Of a stretch of 64,000 bases of DNA, positions 1 through 15,559 are shown one piece after another (position 1 is the stretch's first letter; every line of letters begins with the position of its first letter). Under the pieces are notes generated by a model. That model saw only the letters and a program-made list of their open reading frames with translations, did no database searches and was not told the DNA's origin. Origin of the DNA: the human T2T-CHM13v2.0 reference genome, Homo sapiens; NCBI RefSeq assembly GCF_009914755.1, contig NC_060931.1; one strand, given 5' to 3'. The translations under genes were made by a program, and so were the position numbers.

Positions 1-164
1 GTTTCTGAATAGCTCATCAGTTTGCTCAAATTTTAGGTTGATAAAATTTTTAAAAAAGGTATTGAAAGGTCAACATTAAACTAACAACATTTTATTTTGT
101 CAGATAAGAACACGGCTATTGTAAAGATGGTGAATACGTATTTATCATACTCTTAACATTTTTC

Positions 165-363
165 AATATACTATGTATTGTATTGAAAAATGCTGAGTAG
201 ATTTTAAGCATTTTCACCACAAAAACGATAGCTATGTGAGGTAGTGAATATGTTAATTAACTCCATTTAGCCATTCCACAATGTATATATATTTCAAACA
301 TCATGTTGTATATGGTAAATATATACAATTTTATTTGTCAGTTAAAAGCAACAACAACAAAAA
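165..363 (+). mobile_element. Old L1 (L1MA/L1MB-like) 3' end fragment
   Basis: L1M 3' UTR text 'tatgtgaggt...atgttaatta...gccattccacaatgtatatatatttcaaacatcatgttgta' ending in an A-rich tail. Confidence 0.75.
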
Positions 364-419
364 AGGTGGGGGGAGTAACCTACTTTTGACTATCAAATTG
401 TTTTATGAAAAGAATACGT

Positions 420-885
420 TTGTTCAATTAAATTTCTAGGAAGCCATTGGTTTGGAATGAACTCCTCTACTACACTCAACAGACCAAAACAAAATGGAGT
501 TATTCACACTGACGTTTCAAACCACCAAGTAGAAATTAAGCATTTATCTGATACTCGGTGAAATCAGGAAAGAGAGATAATAGCCAATTCCCCACAAGCT
601 ACTTTTAGCCAGTATGATGAGGAAGTCCCCTCTGCTTAGACCTTTACAAAAAACAAACAAACAAACAAACAAAAACATCCTTAGAAAATACCAGTCTGCT
701 TTTGTTTTTTGATTCTGTTTTCCTCAGCTCTTTTCTGTCTACGTTAATAAAACCAAGTTTCTCTGCTGGGCTCATCAGAACACACATTCTATTTTATGGA
801 ATGAGGTGTTGCTCCAGCAATAGAATAGTAAATAAAACCCAGTTATGATCTTTATACTAAAGTTGTTTAAATTTTGTCCATTGAT
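420..885 (+). mobile_element. ERV1 LTR fragment (MER34/MER39-like) with internal (AAAC)n
   Basis: 3' end 'attctattttatggaatgaggtgttgc...aataaaacccagttatgatcttta...ttttgtccattga' resembles the MER34/39 terminus; 5' boundary approximate. Confidence 0.6.
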
Positions 886-957
886 GCATTTTAACAAAAA
901 ATAAAATGGTACAAAGAACATACACTTAGAATAAGTTCTATATGTTAAATATAAACA

Positions 958-1257
<300 letters not shown>

Positions 1258-1299
1258 TCACAGATACTTCAATAAGACAGGCTGCATCACCCATGGTAT

Positions 1300-1929
1300 T
1301 ACTGGGGCTCAGAACACAATATCCCGAAGTGTGGTGGCTTGGAGTGATAGGTACTTTGAACTGAAGGATATTGAAAAGGCCTCAGAAGCAAGATCTGTCT
1401 GACCTTCTCCAGTCCTGCTGTCTCCTCTCCCCCTCCCACACTTTCTCTACTGAAGCAAGTTATTGAAAGCAGAATTCAACTTCCCCAAGGCAGGTCAAAA
1501 AACTAGAACCCTTCTTCCCCAAAGTAAGCCATAAAACCTGGAAAGGTTACTCTCTTCCCTCTCCCTTCTCCCTGATGATCTCTATTCCAGAGGAGTCCTG
1601 CCCCATATCTGGGATGCAGAAATGCTACACTGAACGACCAAGAAGAATATGAACAGACAGGCTTTGTTGGGTTTCCCCCCTCAGTCTGTTACCATAAGAT
1701 CATACTGTTTTGTCCAGTCATATTTCTACCTGGCTGTCCATTCTTCATCAAACCTAAGCATCAAAAGACAGTTTTCCCTGGATCTTCAGGTCTTCATTTC
1801 TGAGGTTTCCCATGTAATTTAAATACATTCGTTACGCTTTTCTCTTGTTAACCTGTCTTTTGTTATTGGAGTGTTGGCCATGACACTTACGATGGGTGAA
1901 GAGAAGTATTACACTTTTCTGTCCCTACA
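1300..1929 (+). mobile_element. ERV1-class solo LTR (MER31/MER67/MER92-like)
   Basis: Starts 'tactggggctcagaacacaatatcccgaag', ends 'ccctaca'; 4-bp TSD GTAT at 1296-1299 and 1930-1933. Confidence 0.8.
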
Positions 1930-3830
1930 GTATTCTCTATTTTGTATTAGTTGTTTCTATTGTTTCTTCAGAGAATGTGAGAAAAGTTACTTTATTGGCG
2001 AAATATTCTTGCACTTCAGTAAGTACAAAGTATAACCAGAAAGGTTTACTGAGAGAATGAATCTATCTGACGTTAATTGTAATATCTCATCAAAATGAAA
2101 GACAAATAGCATAAGATTATTTGTATTCCAGACTTGATAGTGCCTACTCCATAATTTTGCGGAAATCAATGATGTCTATGCTGCAGTTTTCTGAACTATA
2201 AATGGAATTACTACTTTTCTCTGCTTTCCAGTCCTAAAAGCATGTGGGCAAATCCAAATATTTGGAGTTCAAATGAATGCCTTCATTTTAGTCTCAGTAA
2301 AGTATTACAAATAATTCTCATTGAGCTAACGTACAAAACTATGTATACAAATTGTGATTTTTACAGGGATTAGACCGATTTCCAGCAAATATTTAAGAAC
2401 TTTAGATTTAAAAGAATGCTGGTACTCTGAGATTCTGGATCTTTGCTCCGCAGTTGGCACTTGCCTAATAGATGTGTCTAGAAAAAGGCATTTTTAAAAG
2501 AAAATCATAAATGAGACTAATGCACATTCCTTGTTTTTAGTGAATTGAATACAATATATAACACTGAAAGATGATGCTGATTTCAAAGATGCTGCCATTG
2601 CCTAAAACATTTTCAGATCTCATCCTTTGTAGCTGGTGTCAAGGCTGGCAACATACTTTGGGTAAATAATTTTAATATAAGAGAGTCTTTGAGTGTGGGT
2701 TTTCATTGAAACGACTTAAACTATTTGGAGGGCTTCTTGTGAACAAAACAAGGTGGGTAGTGCTGCCTTTATTCCACAGTGATGTGACTTTAACTAGTAG
2801 CCTTGAGACTTTGATGTGTTACTCAGATTGACTCTTAAGATGATAAGAAAAGGGAATTCTGAAAATTATAGTTGATGACAGGATCATTTTAGTGACTACT
2901 TTAACTGGCAGTATTTCTTTTAGATAAATGATATTGAAGATGGCAAGGTTTGGGATATTTGACTAAAGGTCAGGAAAATAAAATGTTTGGAAGAATTATG
3001 ATTATAAAATAAATTTGAAGTTGGTTGAAGCTGTAGAATCTCCCATTACAATCTTTTTAATTTACAGATGACACCACTGAGAATCAGAAGAGTTAACTGA
3101 TTTAACCAAATCCACCGTGTTAAGATCAGAATTGGGACTAGAGTCAGTATACTTGACACAGTACGTGAATGGTGACAAGTTCGCTGGGTTCTCTTTCAAA
3201 GTAACTAAGCTTTATAGAGTCAAACCTCCTAAGTGTTTGGTGATATATACAGATAAGTGCTAAAGAATGCTGTATTCTTTTAATTTTAGGTTTCATCACT
3301 TGGGTTTATAAAAATAAATTTAAGAGCTTTAAATTTTTGTATGCACTGAAAAATCCTAGAGGATCTTTACCTACAATAATCTATCCTAACAAACTATATC
3401 AGTATTTTCATTCTATTGTAACATATATGTTTATTCAATATATATGGTTTGAACATTGCTTTTTGATGTGCACAGCGGAGGAAGATAATTTTAATCTCAT
3501 TATTCAGAATTCTGTTTATAATTCATTTGCTAAGGACATTTTTATTGCTCAATACTTGCAGTCATTATAATTTTTAGTTCCTAAATTCACAAGCAAGAAA
3601 TGTCATATTATCTTCATGTCATTAAATCAAATTGAATCTGATTCCAAACCTTATCTTTTTTGGCTGTTAAGGGAGCCAACGTTAGTTATTCTAGCAACAT
3701 CCGTCCACCTCTGCAGAGCCACTGGGGAACTTAGGATTTTGCTGGATGACTGAAAAATGAGGGAAGATCTCAATGGCTCAGTCAAGCACGACTATGATGA
3801 CATGCTCATTATCCAAACCCACTTCTTCTT

Positions 3831-4184
3831 TTTTAAAAAATTATTTTTAGTTTCGATTCAGGAGGGACATGTATTTGTTTGTTACATAGGTGTATTGCAT
3901 AATGGTGGGGGTTGGGATTCTGGTATACCTATCACCCAAGTATTGAACATTGTACCCAATAGGTGATTTTTCAACCTTCACCCTCCTCCCACCCTCTCAC
4001 CTTTTGGAGTCCCCAGGGTCTATTATCTTCTTCTTTATGTCCATATATATCCATTGTTTAAGTCCTGCTTACAGGTGAGAATATGAGATATTTGATTTTC
4101 TGCTTTTGAGTTAGTTCACTTAGGATAACGGCCTCCAGCTGCAACCATGTTGCTGCAAAGGACATGATTTCATTTTTCTTTCTG
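3831..4184 (-). mobile_element. 5'-truncated L1 (L1PB/late L1PA-like) 3' end
   Basis: ORF2p C-terminal remnant 'KKNEIMSFAATWLQLEAVILSELTQKQK' plus 3' UTR; 18-bp TSD ccaa(a/g)cccacttcttctt at 3813-3830 and 4185-4202. Confidence 0.9.
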
Positions 4185-5421
4185 CCAAGCCCACTTCTTC
4201 TTGAAGGTAGATAGTGACAGCCATAGGGAACTTTGCTAAGTCCTTCAGGAACGTCCCTGGACATCTCATGTCTCAGCCAATCTCCCCCAATTCTTCCATA
4301 CCCCAGGGGGTTCAGCAGGCACTGGGGCATGGATCCCTGTTAATCATGGGCCCAGCAGGTCTCCATCCCTTTCCTAGTCAAGACAACTTTCTCTTCTTTG
4401 ATGTTTGTGGTACCCTGCACCTTGCCCCAATTCTTTGCTTCCCTCTCCAGCCTTCAGCATCACCCCTCAATAAGCTAAGCCTTTTGAAAACAAAAGCCGG
4501 AAAAAGAGTTTACCTTCAAGTAACAAAAGGAACACAAATTCTGGCTACTTTTTGGAATGAGGAAGGAGGGGAATACAGATGTAAAAATAAAAATAGATCG
4601 GATTTTTTCTAATCCTTGTGTAGCAGTGAAAACAAAACACAAAATAGTATTTCAACAAATTATCCTGTCACATGCTCCACACCGAGGACAGCCTAGAATT
4701 ATGGATTGATATTAAAAAATAATTAAACAAGTCTCTACTACTACAATATCTTAAGATTAGAGGAAGCACTGGAGATGATGTCATACTAATTCTTTATTTT
4801 ACAGGAAATAAAATTAAGGACCAGAGTGAGACATCTTACTATTAAATACTTTGCTGCCTGGTGAAGTTAGTATTAATTACCAGTACAGGATTTTTTGTAT
4901 TAGAAAAATTCAAAGGCTTTTTCTTGTGAATGGGAATAAATGATCCTAATGAAAGCTGAGTAGTTTTTTAAAGCACCAACACTGCCAAAGTTAGCAATAG
5001 TTTCAGAGTAATTTACACATAGCTCTTGCCTTGACCTGAACCCTAGCTAAACCAATTAATAAAACACTGGGTAATCATATAAAAATAAACAACTTATTTT
5101 CATCACAAATTGTTTCAAATTGGAATTCTCCTCTTGCCTCTCCACCCCACCTTATAGACACTGCAAAATAATTGAAATGCTTAGACAATAATAAATAATT
5201 TTTGGTATATTTTCTTTGATGATGAAAGTTTGAAAATGGGGGTCCATTTTCCTATGGGACCTCCTTTACCCATTCTTACCTATGGTGACTTGGGATGAAA
5301 AACACACCCAACGTGTCACCTTCTTCAGAATTCTTGGAAAAAAAGAGAGCTTGCTGTTATTAAACTGTATGTGGCAAAAGAAAAACAAAGTCAGCATTGT
5401 TCACTTGGACATGAAATTTAT

Positions 5422-5839
5422 TGTTGTAGGCATCTTGTGTTGCTCTAAAAGATCCTGAGGCTGAATAACTTATAAAGAAAAAAGGTTATTTGGCTCACAA
5501 TTCTGAAGGTCAGAAAATTCAAGATTGGATGCCTGCATCTGGAGAGGGCCTGCTTTCACTCACAATGGAAGGTAAAAGGGAGCTGTGTGCAGAGAGCACA
5601 TGGGGAGAGAGAAAGCAAGGGAAAGGGGAGGAAGATGCTAGGCTTTTTTGTTAACAACCTGGAACAGTGAGAACTCATTCACTCCTCCCTCCATCCAGCC
5701 CCTCAGGATACTAACTTATTCATTAGGGATCCACCCTCATGACCTAAACACCTCCCATTAGGCCCCATCTCCAACTTTGGGAATCAAATTTCAGCATGAG
5801 ATTTGATGAGGACAAACAAACCATATCCAAACTATAGCA
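5422..5839 (-). mobile_element. MaLR solo LTR (MST family)
   Basis: Reverse MST text 'ttataaagaaaaaaggttatttggctcacaattctg...aaatttcagcatgagatttg...atatccaaactatagca'; 5-bp TSD TTTAT at 5417-5421 and 5840-5844. Confidence 0.9.
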
Positions 5840-5947
5840 TTTATTATAAAAGTCAGCTAAGGATTTTTGATAGCCAATCTCAAGAGATTTAAAATAACAG
5901 AGAGAATTCAGTATTTAATTTTTAAATTTTGCCATAATAATACACCA

Positions 5948-6247
5948 TTTATTTATTTTTTTTAGACAGAGTCTCGCGCTCTCACACAGGCTGGAGTGTA
6001 GTGGTGTGATCTCAGCTTACTGCAACCTCTGCCTCCTGGTTTGAAGCGATTCTCATGCCTCAGCCTCCTAAGTAGCTGGGATTACAGGTGTGCACCACCA
6101 GGCCCAGCTAATTTTTTTTTTTTTTTCAGTAGAGACGGGGTTTCGCCATGTTGGTCAGGCTGTTCTTAAATTCCTGACCTTAAGTGATCTGCCCATCTCA
6201 GCCTCCCAAAGTGCTAGGATTATAGGCGTGAGCCACATCGCCTGGCC
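5948..6247 (-). mobile_element. AluS
   Basis: Full-length antisense Alu with T-rich tail. Confidence 0.95.
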
Positions 6248-6702
6248 TACTTTAAACTATTCTTTTACTTTCATTTTCAGCTTCAAGGTTTTAGGTATGA
6301 CTGTTATACAGCAGTTACTAGTTGCATGTTAATTTTAAAAAATAGTTATTAAGCTCTAAATTCTCGAATCACTTAGCGCTTTCTAACACTGTCCCATCTT
6401 ATATAAAAGAGACTTGAGAGGAATTTTAGGGTTTGACCATTATCGTATTATTAACAAAAATACAGTCAAATATGCAGTTATGGATTTTATTGAGTCTCAC
6501 GGCAAAGTAGTAAACTTTTTGAAATAAGATTATGTATAAATAAGATGGCCTAGCAAAGTATTTATATATAAAATGTTGCTTAGATTGTAGGTAATTATGC
6601 AGGGAGCCAAAGATTTGGTAAAATTATTAAATGTTGATTAGTTTGTAAAGTGGTATCATTTTCACATGGAAAGTAAATTTATTTTTATTTTATTTTGTTT
6701 TT

Positions 6703-6794
6703 AAGCCACTAAAATTTAGCCGTGGGGGTTGTATACCAACTTTAGTGGCAGTAATGTTAATAAGTTCTGATAATCCATAATAATCAGACCAGCC
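6703..6794 (-). pseudogene. Y4 RNA retropseudogene (RNY4-derived)
   Basis: Reverse complement reads ggctggtctga...ttatcagaacttattaacatta...cactaaagttggtatacaaccccc...gctaaatttt..tggctt, matching hY4 RNA along its full length; decayed poly(A) at about 6678-6702; TSD-like gaaagt(a/c)aat at 6669-6678 and 6796-6805. Confidence 0.93.
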
Positions 6795-6958
6795 AGAAAG
6801 TCAATATATATGTGTAAAATATTCTGCAGTGTATTTATGTGCATGCTCCATGAACTTTTCTTTAAAGAAGGGTTTACTGAAACTGATCTTCAGCAACATG
6901 TGTCAGAGTCAACCAAGGTAATTGCTAAAAATTCAGATCTTAAGAAATTTTCTCATAA

Positions 6959-7347
<389 letters not shown>

Positions 7348-7686
7348 TATTTTTAGAGTTTTACTCATTTAAATTGCTAGCCTGAATAGAGTCATTGTAA
7401 TCTTTCACAGTAGTAGAACTATGAATAATAAAGAATAGTAGCCATACATATGAACATATTGTCAAGTTCAAAGTCAAGATGAACTATATATTTTTCAGTT
7501 TCATAATGGTTACATAGAAAATATATTTCTATATGGCTAATTTTCACTTCATTTCCTACAAGTTGCAAAATGTCACAAAGAGTAACTACAATTTTATCTT
7601 TAGAAATGAAGTATTTTGATACATGCAATCCAGTTTTTAGATATTAAATATAAATATATGCATAGTAAAAAGTAATTATAGAGACA

Positions 7687-8100
7687 GGTGGTAGGTTGGT
7701 CAGTGTGCTCGTCACATCTTTCCCACGCCTCCATGCACTTTGCTATGTGGCTTTGGAATTTTCTCCACTAGAAGTGGCGTTGTTGGGCTTGACCAAATAT
7801 TTCTTTTGGTCAATGGAATGTGGGCATAAATGATGGGGTCTAGTGACATGCCAAGAAAAAAGGTAAGCCCCGGGTAGTTGCTGCCCTTTTAACTTGGCCC
7901 CTCAGAAAGAACACACATGAATAAAACATTAACCGCATTGTCCGTCTGTAGCTAAGCCCACTGAACTGCAACCTGAAGCAGAACACGGTGTAGTTCAGCT
8001 GAACCACAGTCTCCTAAGCATGAGGATACATACTTCTATACACTACTGGAACTTTGTGATTGTTAATTATACATTGTTGTTGTAGCAGTAGAATAAGCTT
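7687..8100 (+). mobile_element. Old MaLR LTR (MLT1H-J-like)
   Basis: 'tggtaggttgg...ctttggaattttctccactagaagtgg...tttggtcaatggaatgtgggc...gtagcagtag'. Confidence 0.65.
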
Positions 8101-9209
8101 CTACAAAAATAAAAAAAACACCAATTCATGATGAAATAAATGTATAAATCATTTGGGTAGAGACTTAGTTCAAAGTACTTTCGGTCCCAGTGTCATTCTT
8201 TGCAGTATGATTTGAGCAGATCATTGTGGTTCTCAGATTTATTAACTGTAGTGAGAATGTTTAGAGGGGGAGAATTCTAAGGTCCATACACTTTCAATAA
8301 AGTAAGAATCCCTTTTCATTCCAAGAATAATTAAAAGTATCGAAAGATAAATATTTCATAAGTTGGGTATCTCTAGAGAATCATTATTGCAAGTTACATG
8401 TTAGTATCATGTATTCATTCAGTGGTTACTTTAGAACAACTATCTTGAGTTCAGAATTACGTCAAGCACTATGAGGGATCATAGGATGAAGAGGCAATGT
8501 CTTCTTCACCTGTATGAAATTAAAAACCTAATGGGGGCATAGCAATACAAAGAAAAATTTTAGGGTTATTAAAGTGCTCCAAATTAAGGGTTTTAAGAGG
8601 GTATGCTCCATCTGGAGAGATCAGAAAAAGCTCTTGGGAGGAGATGGTATTTGAGCTGAATCTTGGTGGATATGATTTCAACAGGAAGACATTTAATGTC
8701 ATTTGCTGATGGAAGGAAGGGCTTGGAAGCAGGACAGAAGAAATTATTTAAAATGGTAATTTTTTTTTGTTTCAGTGGAGTATACTATGTCATGGACAGT
8801 ATGGAAATATGGCTGAACAGAGAGGCAGGGGCTGTATGTTTTGAGGATTTTGATTTCTGTGTTCAGGAGCTCAGAATGTATCATGTACAGAATGATTACT
8901 AAAAGACTGAAAAAGAGAGTGTCTAATGAGTGTTTTAGAAAAATCCAACTGGTATTGTGCAGGGAAAAAAGAGATGAGTAAGACTCAAGAGAAGATGGCC
9001 TCAGAATGGAAGCAGTTTTACATGGGCCTGAGCTCAGATGGCAGTGGGGTTGGGTGTTTCAAACAGAAAACCCAGCAAGGTGCATTTATTTTCTTCCAGG
9101 AAGAAGAAAGCCTGTTGATAAGATAACATGATACAGTTACTTAAAAGAGGCTTTATAGTGCTGCTAGATTATGAGAAAACAGTATTTAAAAATGAATTTA
9201 TTTTTGTAA

Positions 9210-9386
9210 TTATCTTGAAATTTTAATGTGCATAAGAATACTCAGGTTCTTATGAAAAATACAGATTTCTGGACTTCAGCTCTAGAATTCTTGAAACAGT
9301 AGGCGTTGCGACAGACCCATGAATCTGTATTTTAACAAGTACCTGAAGTTATAAGGAAGCAGGTGGTCTGCAAATCACTCTTTGAT
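9210..9386. mobile_element. MER5-family hAT MITE
   Basis: 'aatgtgcataagaat...aaaaatacagatttctgg...gaatctgtattttaacaag...gcaggtggtctg'. Confidence 0.65.
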
Positions 9387-9409
9387 GCTGGTTGGAGAAC
9401 ATAATATTA

Positions 9410-9646
9410 ATAATAAAAGGAAACATTTATCACCCACTTCCTGTGTACCTAACACCTGGCTAAGTGCAGATATACATTACCACATTTCATCCTCCATAGT
9501 AAGCCTAGGAAGAGACTATTAATATTATTTTCCAACTTACTGAAAATCAAAACTAGGAGGGGTTCAGCAGCACTTTGCAAGTCACGGAGCTATTAAGTGA
9601 TGAATTCAGGATATGAATCAAAGACTGCCAACCTCAGAACTCACAC
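9410..9646 (-). mobile_element. MIR SINE
   Basis: Reverse MIR core 'catttcatcctc...actttgcaagtcacggagctattaagtga...aggatatgaatc'. Confidence 0.7.
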
Positions 9647-11214
9647 TGGAGAAGTTCATGATATTAAAGAGTGCAGCTTTTGTCTTTTCTCTTGTACATT
9701 CTTTTTTTTTTTTCAAAAGTTTCAACTGATTGGGACCAGTGCCACATTTAACAAGATTGCCTGATTAAATTTACTCCAGTAAAAAATTTCATTCCTAAGT
9801 AGAGAAAGACCAGCTGGAACATAATCAGTCATCATAGTGGGATGCCCTAGATATGAAGATGCCCATCCTACCAAGAATAATACATATGCACATAGCAGTA
9901 ATTCCAAAATAAATATAGAAAATTTCTACAGCATGTGTTATTATAACCATTTAAGCAAAAACACAAGAACTTTAAAGTGGGACATTATCATTGCCTTGAA
10001 CATTTTTTTTCCTCCCTGTCTTAAAACTGACATCTCAAAATAAATTCATGGTCTTGAAGCCTAAGAATTAATTGTCTAAAGGAATGGCCCACAATAAAAC
10101 ACGATAAAAGTCAGATTTAATTTTATTCTTCTTAACTATCTCTTGGCCCAAACTACTGTGTCTTTTTAGACTGAAAGGCCAGTCATTTATCTACATTTCC
10201 TATGGTAATGGAAACATAGTAGCTTATGTTTCTTCAAGAGAGAAAAATGAGGTAAAATATGTTATGAGTCATATTCAAAGTCCAATCAACCCACCAGAGA
10301 TGTTAATTCTCTCCACTTTGAGAAACAGGCTTAAAAAAGGAATCATTAATATAAATTTTCCTCCTAAAACTAAAGAAGAAAAAAATACAAAAAATTTTCC
10401 GTGAGTTGGGGTAGCAATTAGTATTTGTCATCAGCTGTTAATTTTCCAGTTTAAAACCCAAGAGCTCTTCATTGTGATTTCATTTGCTCTTGAAGATAGT
10501 GACTGGGGAAAGGTGATGGTGGTAGTATGTGTCCATTTGAATTGATACAGTGTTTAAATTTGCTTTTTTATCAGTGATGTTTTTTCATGTAGTGATATTT
10601 TCCCTTCATCCCCAGAAGTGAAGATGATAGTGTTAGAAAAAATCTCCTTTTAATTTCAAACTTAGTAATACAAGTCAATGTATCAAGTTTTTGTTCTTTG
10701 TCTAGGCCTTTTGGAAATCACTTTTGTTGAAAGTTTATTCAAAATCAGCTGTTTCCCAGACACTGTGCTAAACTATGTGCAGGACACCAGTGGACACTGA
10801 TTTCTCTGCTTTACTTTCCATTTGTATCCAGTTGCTGTGTATCTTCCTGTGTCTTTAAGGAACTTATTAACCCCCCAAAAAAGAAAGGAAAATAAAAAGC
10901 CTATTCAATACCAGAGGCAGTAAGTTTAGCATATGATAAAAAATATAAAAAACTAGATTAAAAAACAATTTAATTTAATTAATTTAAAAATTAAATTGAA
11001 AAAAATACCATATGCAGAAGTTGCAGAATTTTAAAAATTTCTTTTAATGAATCACGCATCACAGGTGCTGGAAAGAAGGTAGGCTGGATAACCCCTGAAG
11101 TCCCATTCTACATATGTCCTCTGATCTACACTTGGAAACATACTTTTTGATTGCCTGATAATGTGGAGAGAGCCTGGCAGCTTTTTATAGAAATGAAAGA
11201 CTGAGAACAGAATT

Positions 11215-12650
<1,436 letters not shown>

Positions 12651-13844
12651 TCCTTTTTTAAATTCTGCTTATATATGAATTTTCTTATTTTCAAAAGTAA
12701 ATATGCTCTGCTTTAAAAATTAACAGGGAACAAAAATATTCATTTTTTTCTCCATCCTGTAAAATGGAACAGATGAAAAATTAGGAAAATATCTTTCAAT
12801 GCATTGTAAACTTTCATTGCCATTTTGATGAATTTTCTACCCACATCAGTCTAGTGAGAGTAAATTCCCAAGTTATTGGTACCAGGACTCATTCACTGAG
12901 TTATAAAGACCATTTGGTATCTCAGGGTAACACAGAGGGATTGGGGTCATTTGCTTGGAGGATCTTAGGAGATTCGACTAACTATATAACATCTATTTTG
13001 TCATGAAAGTTAGGCAACACCTTTGCGCAGGGAAAACAGAGGGAATGTTTTGAAAAACTTCAGCATACCATATCCTCTCCAGTCTCTTCCAAATGTAACT
13101 TTCTTTAGTCATAGCCCACAGAACTAAAGGGTAAGTAGAAATGTTTCTGCTGTTTGTCATGTCACAGGCATTAACTTCTCTTTGATATGGCATGGGCAGT
13201 CACTTGGACATTCCATGCCAGGCATTTTAAATCTTAGATTATCTTGATCATGAGGTGATGATCGAGTACAGGAACTCCACAGCCAGTATGTCTGGATTGA
13301 AATTCTAACTTTGCCTCTCAGTCAGTTGTGAAATTTGGAGTACTTTGTACATTGGTTTTCTCACTTTCAGTCTGGGGAACTGGATTTTGTATGAATTTTT
13401 CTGATTTTTAAATGTCAACTGAAGCTTCCTCTGTAAACACTACACTGTTTTAACCAAGTACATACACAGGCAACTAAGTCTGGTCTAAAGTTATCAACTT
13501 GATTGACCTTTTGAGGCATTCAGGATGAACTTTAAACTACACGGTTGACATGAAAGACCCATCTTTGATCTGATCCTGTCTTTCCTCATCTATTTCTTCA
13601 AACTTTCTAGTCTGCTTTCAACCCTTCATGCACAGCACTCAACTCAGTGCTTTTGCATGTCATATCCTTCTGTCTGAATTCTATTCCGACTTGTTTCTTT
13701 TCTGAAAAGCTCTTCTTATGTAGAACTCAGGTACCATGTTCCCCAGGAAGCATTTCTAATTTTCACTTTTAGTCTAAGCTATATTCCCTTCTTAGATTTT
13801 CACAGACTGTCATATGTATTTGCACGGAGCAAATTATGTATTTA

Positions 13845-14010
13845 CCTCTCTACGCTAAACTACAAAGTCTCTATACTAAACTACAAACTGTCTACACTGA
13901 ACAACCAACGCTCTACACTAAATTATATCTATCTATATATATAGATAGATATACCTGTCTATGCTAAATTATATATATACATATCTACTTCTCTATACTA
14001 AATTACACAC
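13845..14010 (+). repeat. Degenerate ~21-bp minisatellite within an L2 3' end
   Basis: About 6 copies of ctcta(c/t)(a/g)ctaaa(c/t)ta; contains a 30-bp perfect palindrome at 13924-13953. Confidence 0.8.
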
Positions 14011-14889
14011 TCTTTGAAGACAGACACTACATCTATTATTCTAAGATCCTTGTGCAGTTCCTTGCCCCAAATAGATGTCAGCAAATTCCTTGTGTTTCTG
14101 TCCCTTTGCACCTGTCAAAGATGAACACATTCACTCTTGTTTATTTCTCACAATCTTTAAGTATGGCTCATTTTCTGATATTTAAAGTAATTGTAGGTCC
14201 CCTAATGTAATAACACTAATGACCTAATACTTACCACTTTATTACTTTACTTCTTCAAGGCCAACTATTTGCTGCTCTACTTATGATGCTGTGCAGAAGA
14301 CACATAAAACATGAAGGATTCTGAATGTTTAATCATGGGTATTCTGTTTTCATGTTTGCCTTCTTCCTCTGTTTGCTATCTGGTAGGTGACTGTTAAAAT
14401 GGAGAGAATCTAAAGTGAAAAGGGTAGAAGAAGAACCACTTATAAAGAATATGAGTAATCTATAAATTGGATAAAAGTTGTTTTGAACAGTTGAGAATTG
14501 ACTGCTTAACACTACCGCAACTCCTCTTCTTAAGAGCACATAGCTATAGTGTAATAAACTGCTTTAAACTCCTATTAGTAAAGACACTGCCCATTTAGGT
14601 ATAAACTCCAAAATGAAGACTAATAAACAATTCTCTAATCTCAGTTAGGATTAAACTATTATTCCTTTTTTTGTTTTTCATAGGAGATATAAAATAAATC
14701 AAAGGGACAAATAACTAAAACATAAAATATGCTTATATTTTAATCCAGAAAGATAACCTGAACCCGTAGAACCTGGGAGCCTTCTTCAATTTCACTATAG
14801 TCCACTTCCCTGCCTAGCCCCCAGCATTATAGCATGCCTGCCCAACATCACATCGCAGTCTCGAAGACCTATGTAGGTCCGACTCTATT

Positions 14890-15082
14890 CGAGTTTCTCA
14901 TCACATTCATTCAGGACTGTATCATCAGAATCATCTGGACATGTTTATTAAAAATGCAAATTCCTTGGCACTATTCCAAACCTACTAAATCATTTTCTGA
15001 ATATTATCAGCAGAAAATCTTCACTTTTTCACTAGTTCTCCAGGTGGTGATTACTCACACTACAGTCTGAGAACCACTGCTA
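14890..15082. mobile_element. MER5A hAT MITE
   Basis: 'catcagaatcatctgg...ttaaaaatgcaaattcc...ccaggtggtgatt...gtctgagaaccactg'. Confidence 0.8.
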
Positions 15083-15245
15083 CAGATGGGGAAAAAATGC
15101 TATGTGGTGCTGCATAATTGTGGAAGAATTATACAAAATGAAAAATAATATCAGTTACACAAACTCTGAATCATGAGTCATAATTTTACTTGTTTGTCAA
15201 CAATAAAAAGCACAAATATTTTATTAATATATTAGAATACAGGTA

Positions 15246-15303
15246 CATATATATACACACACATGCGTGCACACACACACACACACACACACGCACACAC
15301 ACA
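15246..15303. repeat. (TA)n/(CA)n microsatellite
   Basis: Direct inspection. Confidence 0.95.
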
Positions 15304-15559
15304 GAGGGGGGAAGAAACCCTTGTAATAAAGATATTTATTGCTTTCTCATCAGATTGTGCTCCCGTTTGCATTTTTTCCCACTCAACACTTAGGGTAGAA
15401 TTCAAAAAATCTGTTCTTTTAGCTTAAAAAATAATTATGACAGACTAGTTTCTTCCCTGAAATTAGTGCATTTTTTTTTTTCATGAAATGACTTCCTACT
15501 TCCAACTTTTACTTCGTCTTCTGGCAACTATTTATATTCTTTAAATGAATTATCAGCAT

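Noticed and set aside
4214-4612. 132-aa ORF
   Set aside because: Non-ATG start, no recognisable domain, no supported exon boundaries
10966-10998. 11-bp AT-rich inverted repeat
   Set aside because: Expected by chance in very AT-rich low-complexity sequence
13845-14010. Repeat-spacer-like pattern resembling a CRISPR array
   Set aside because: Primate DNA, degenerate units, low-complexity spacers, no cas genes
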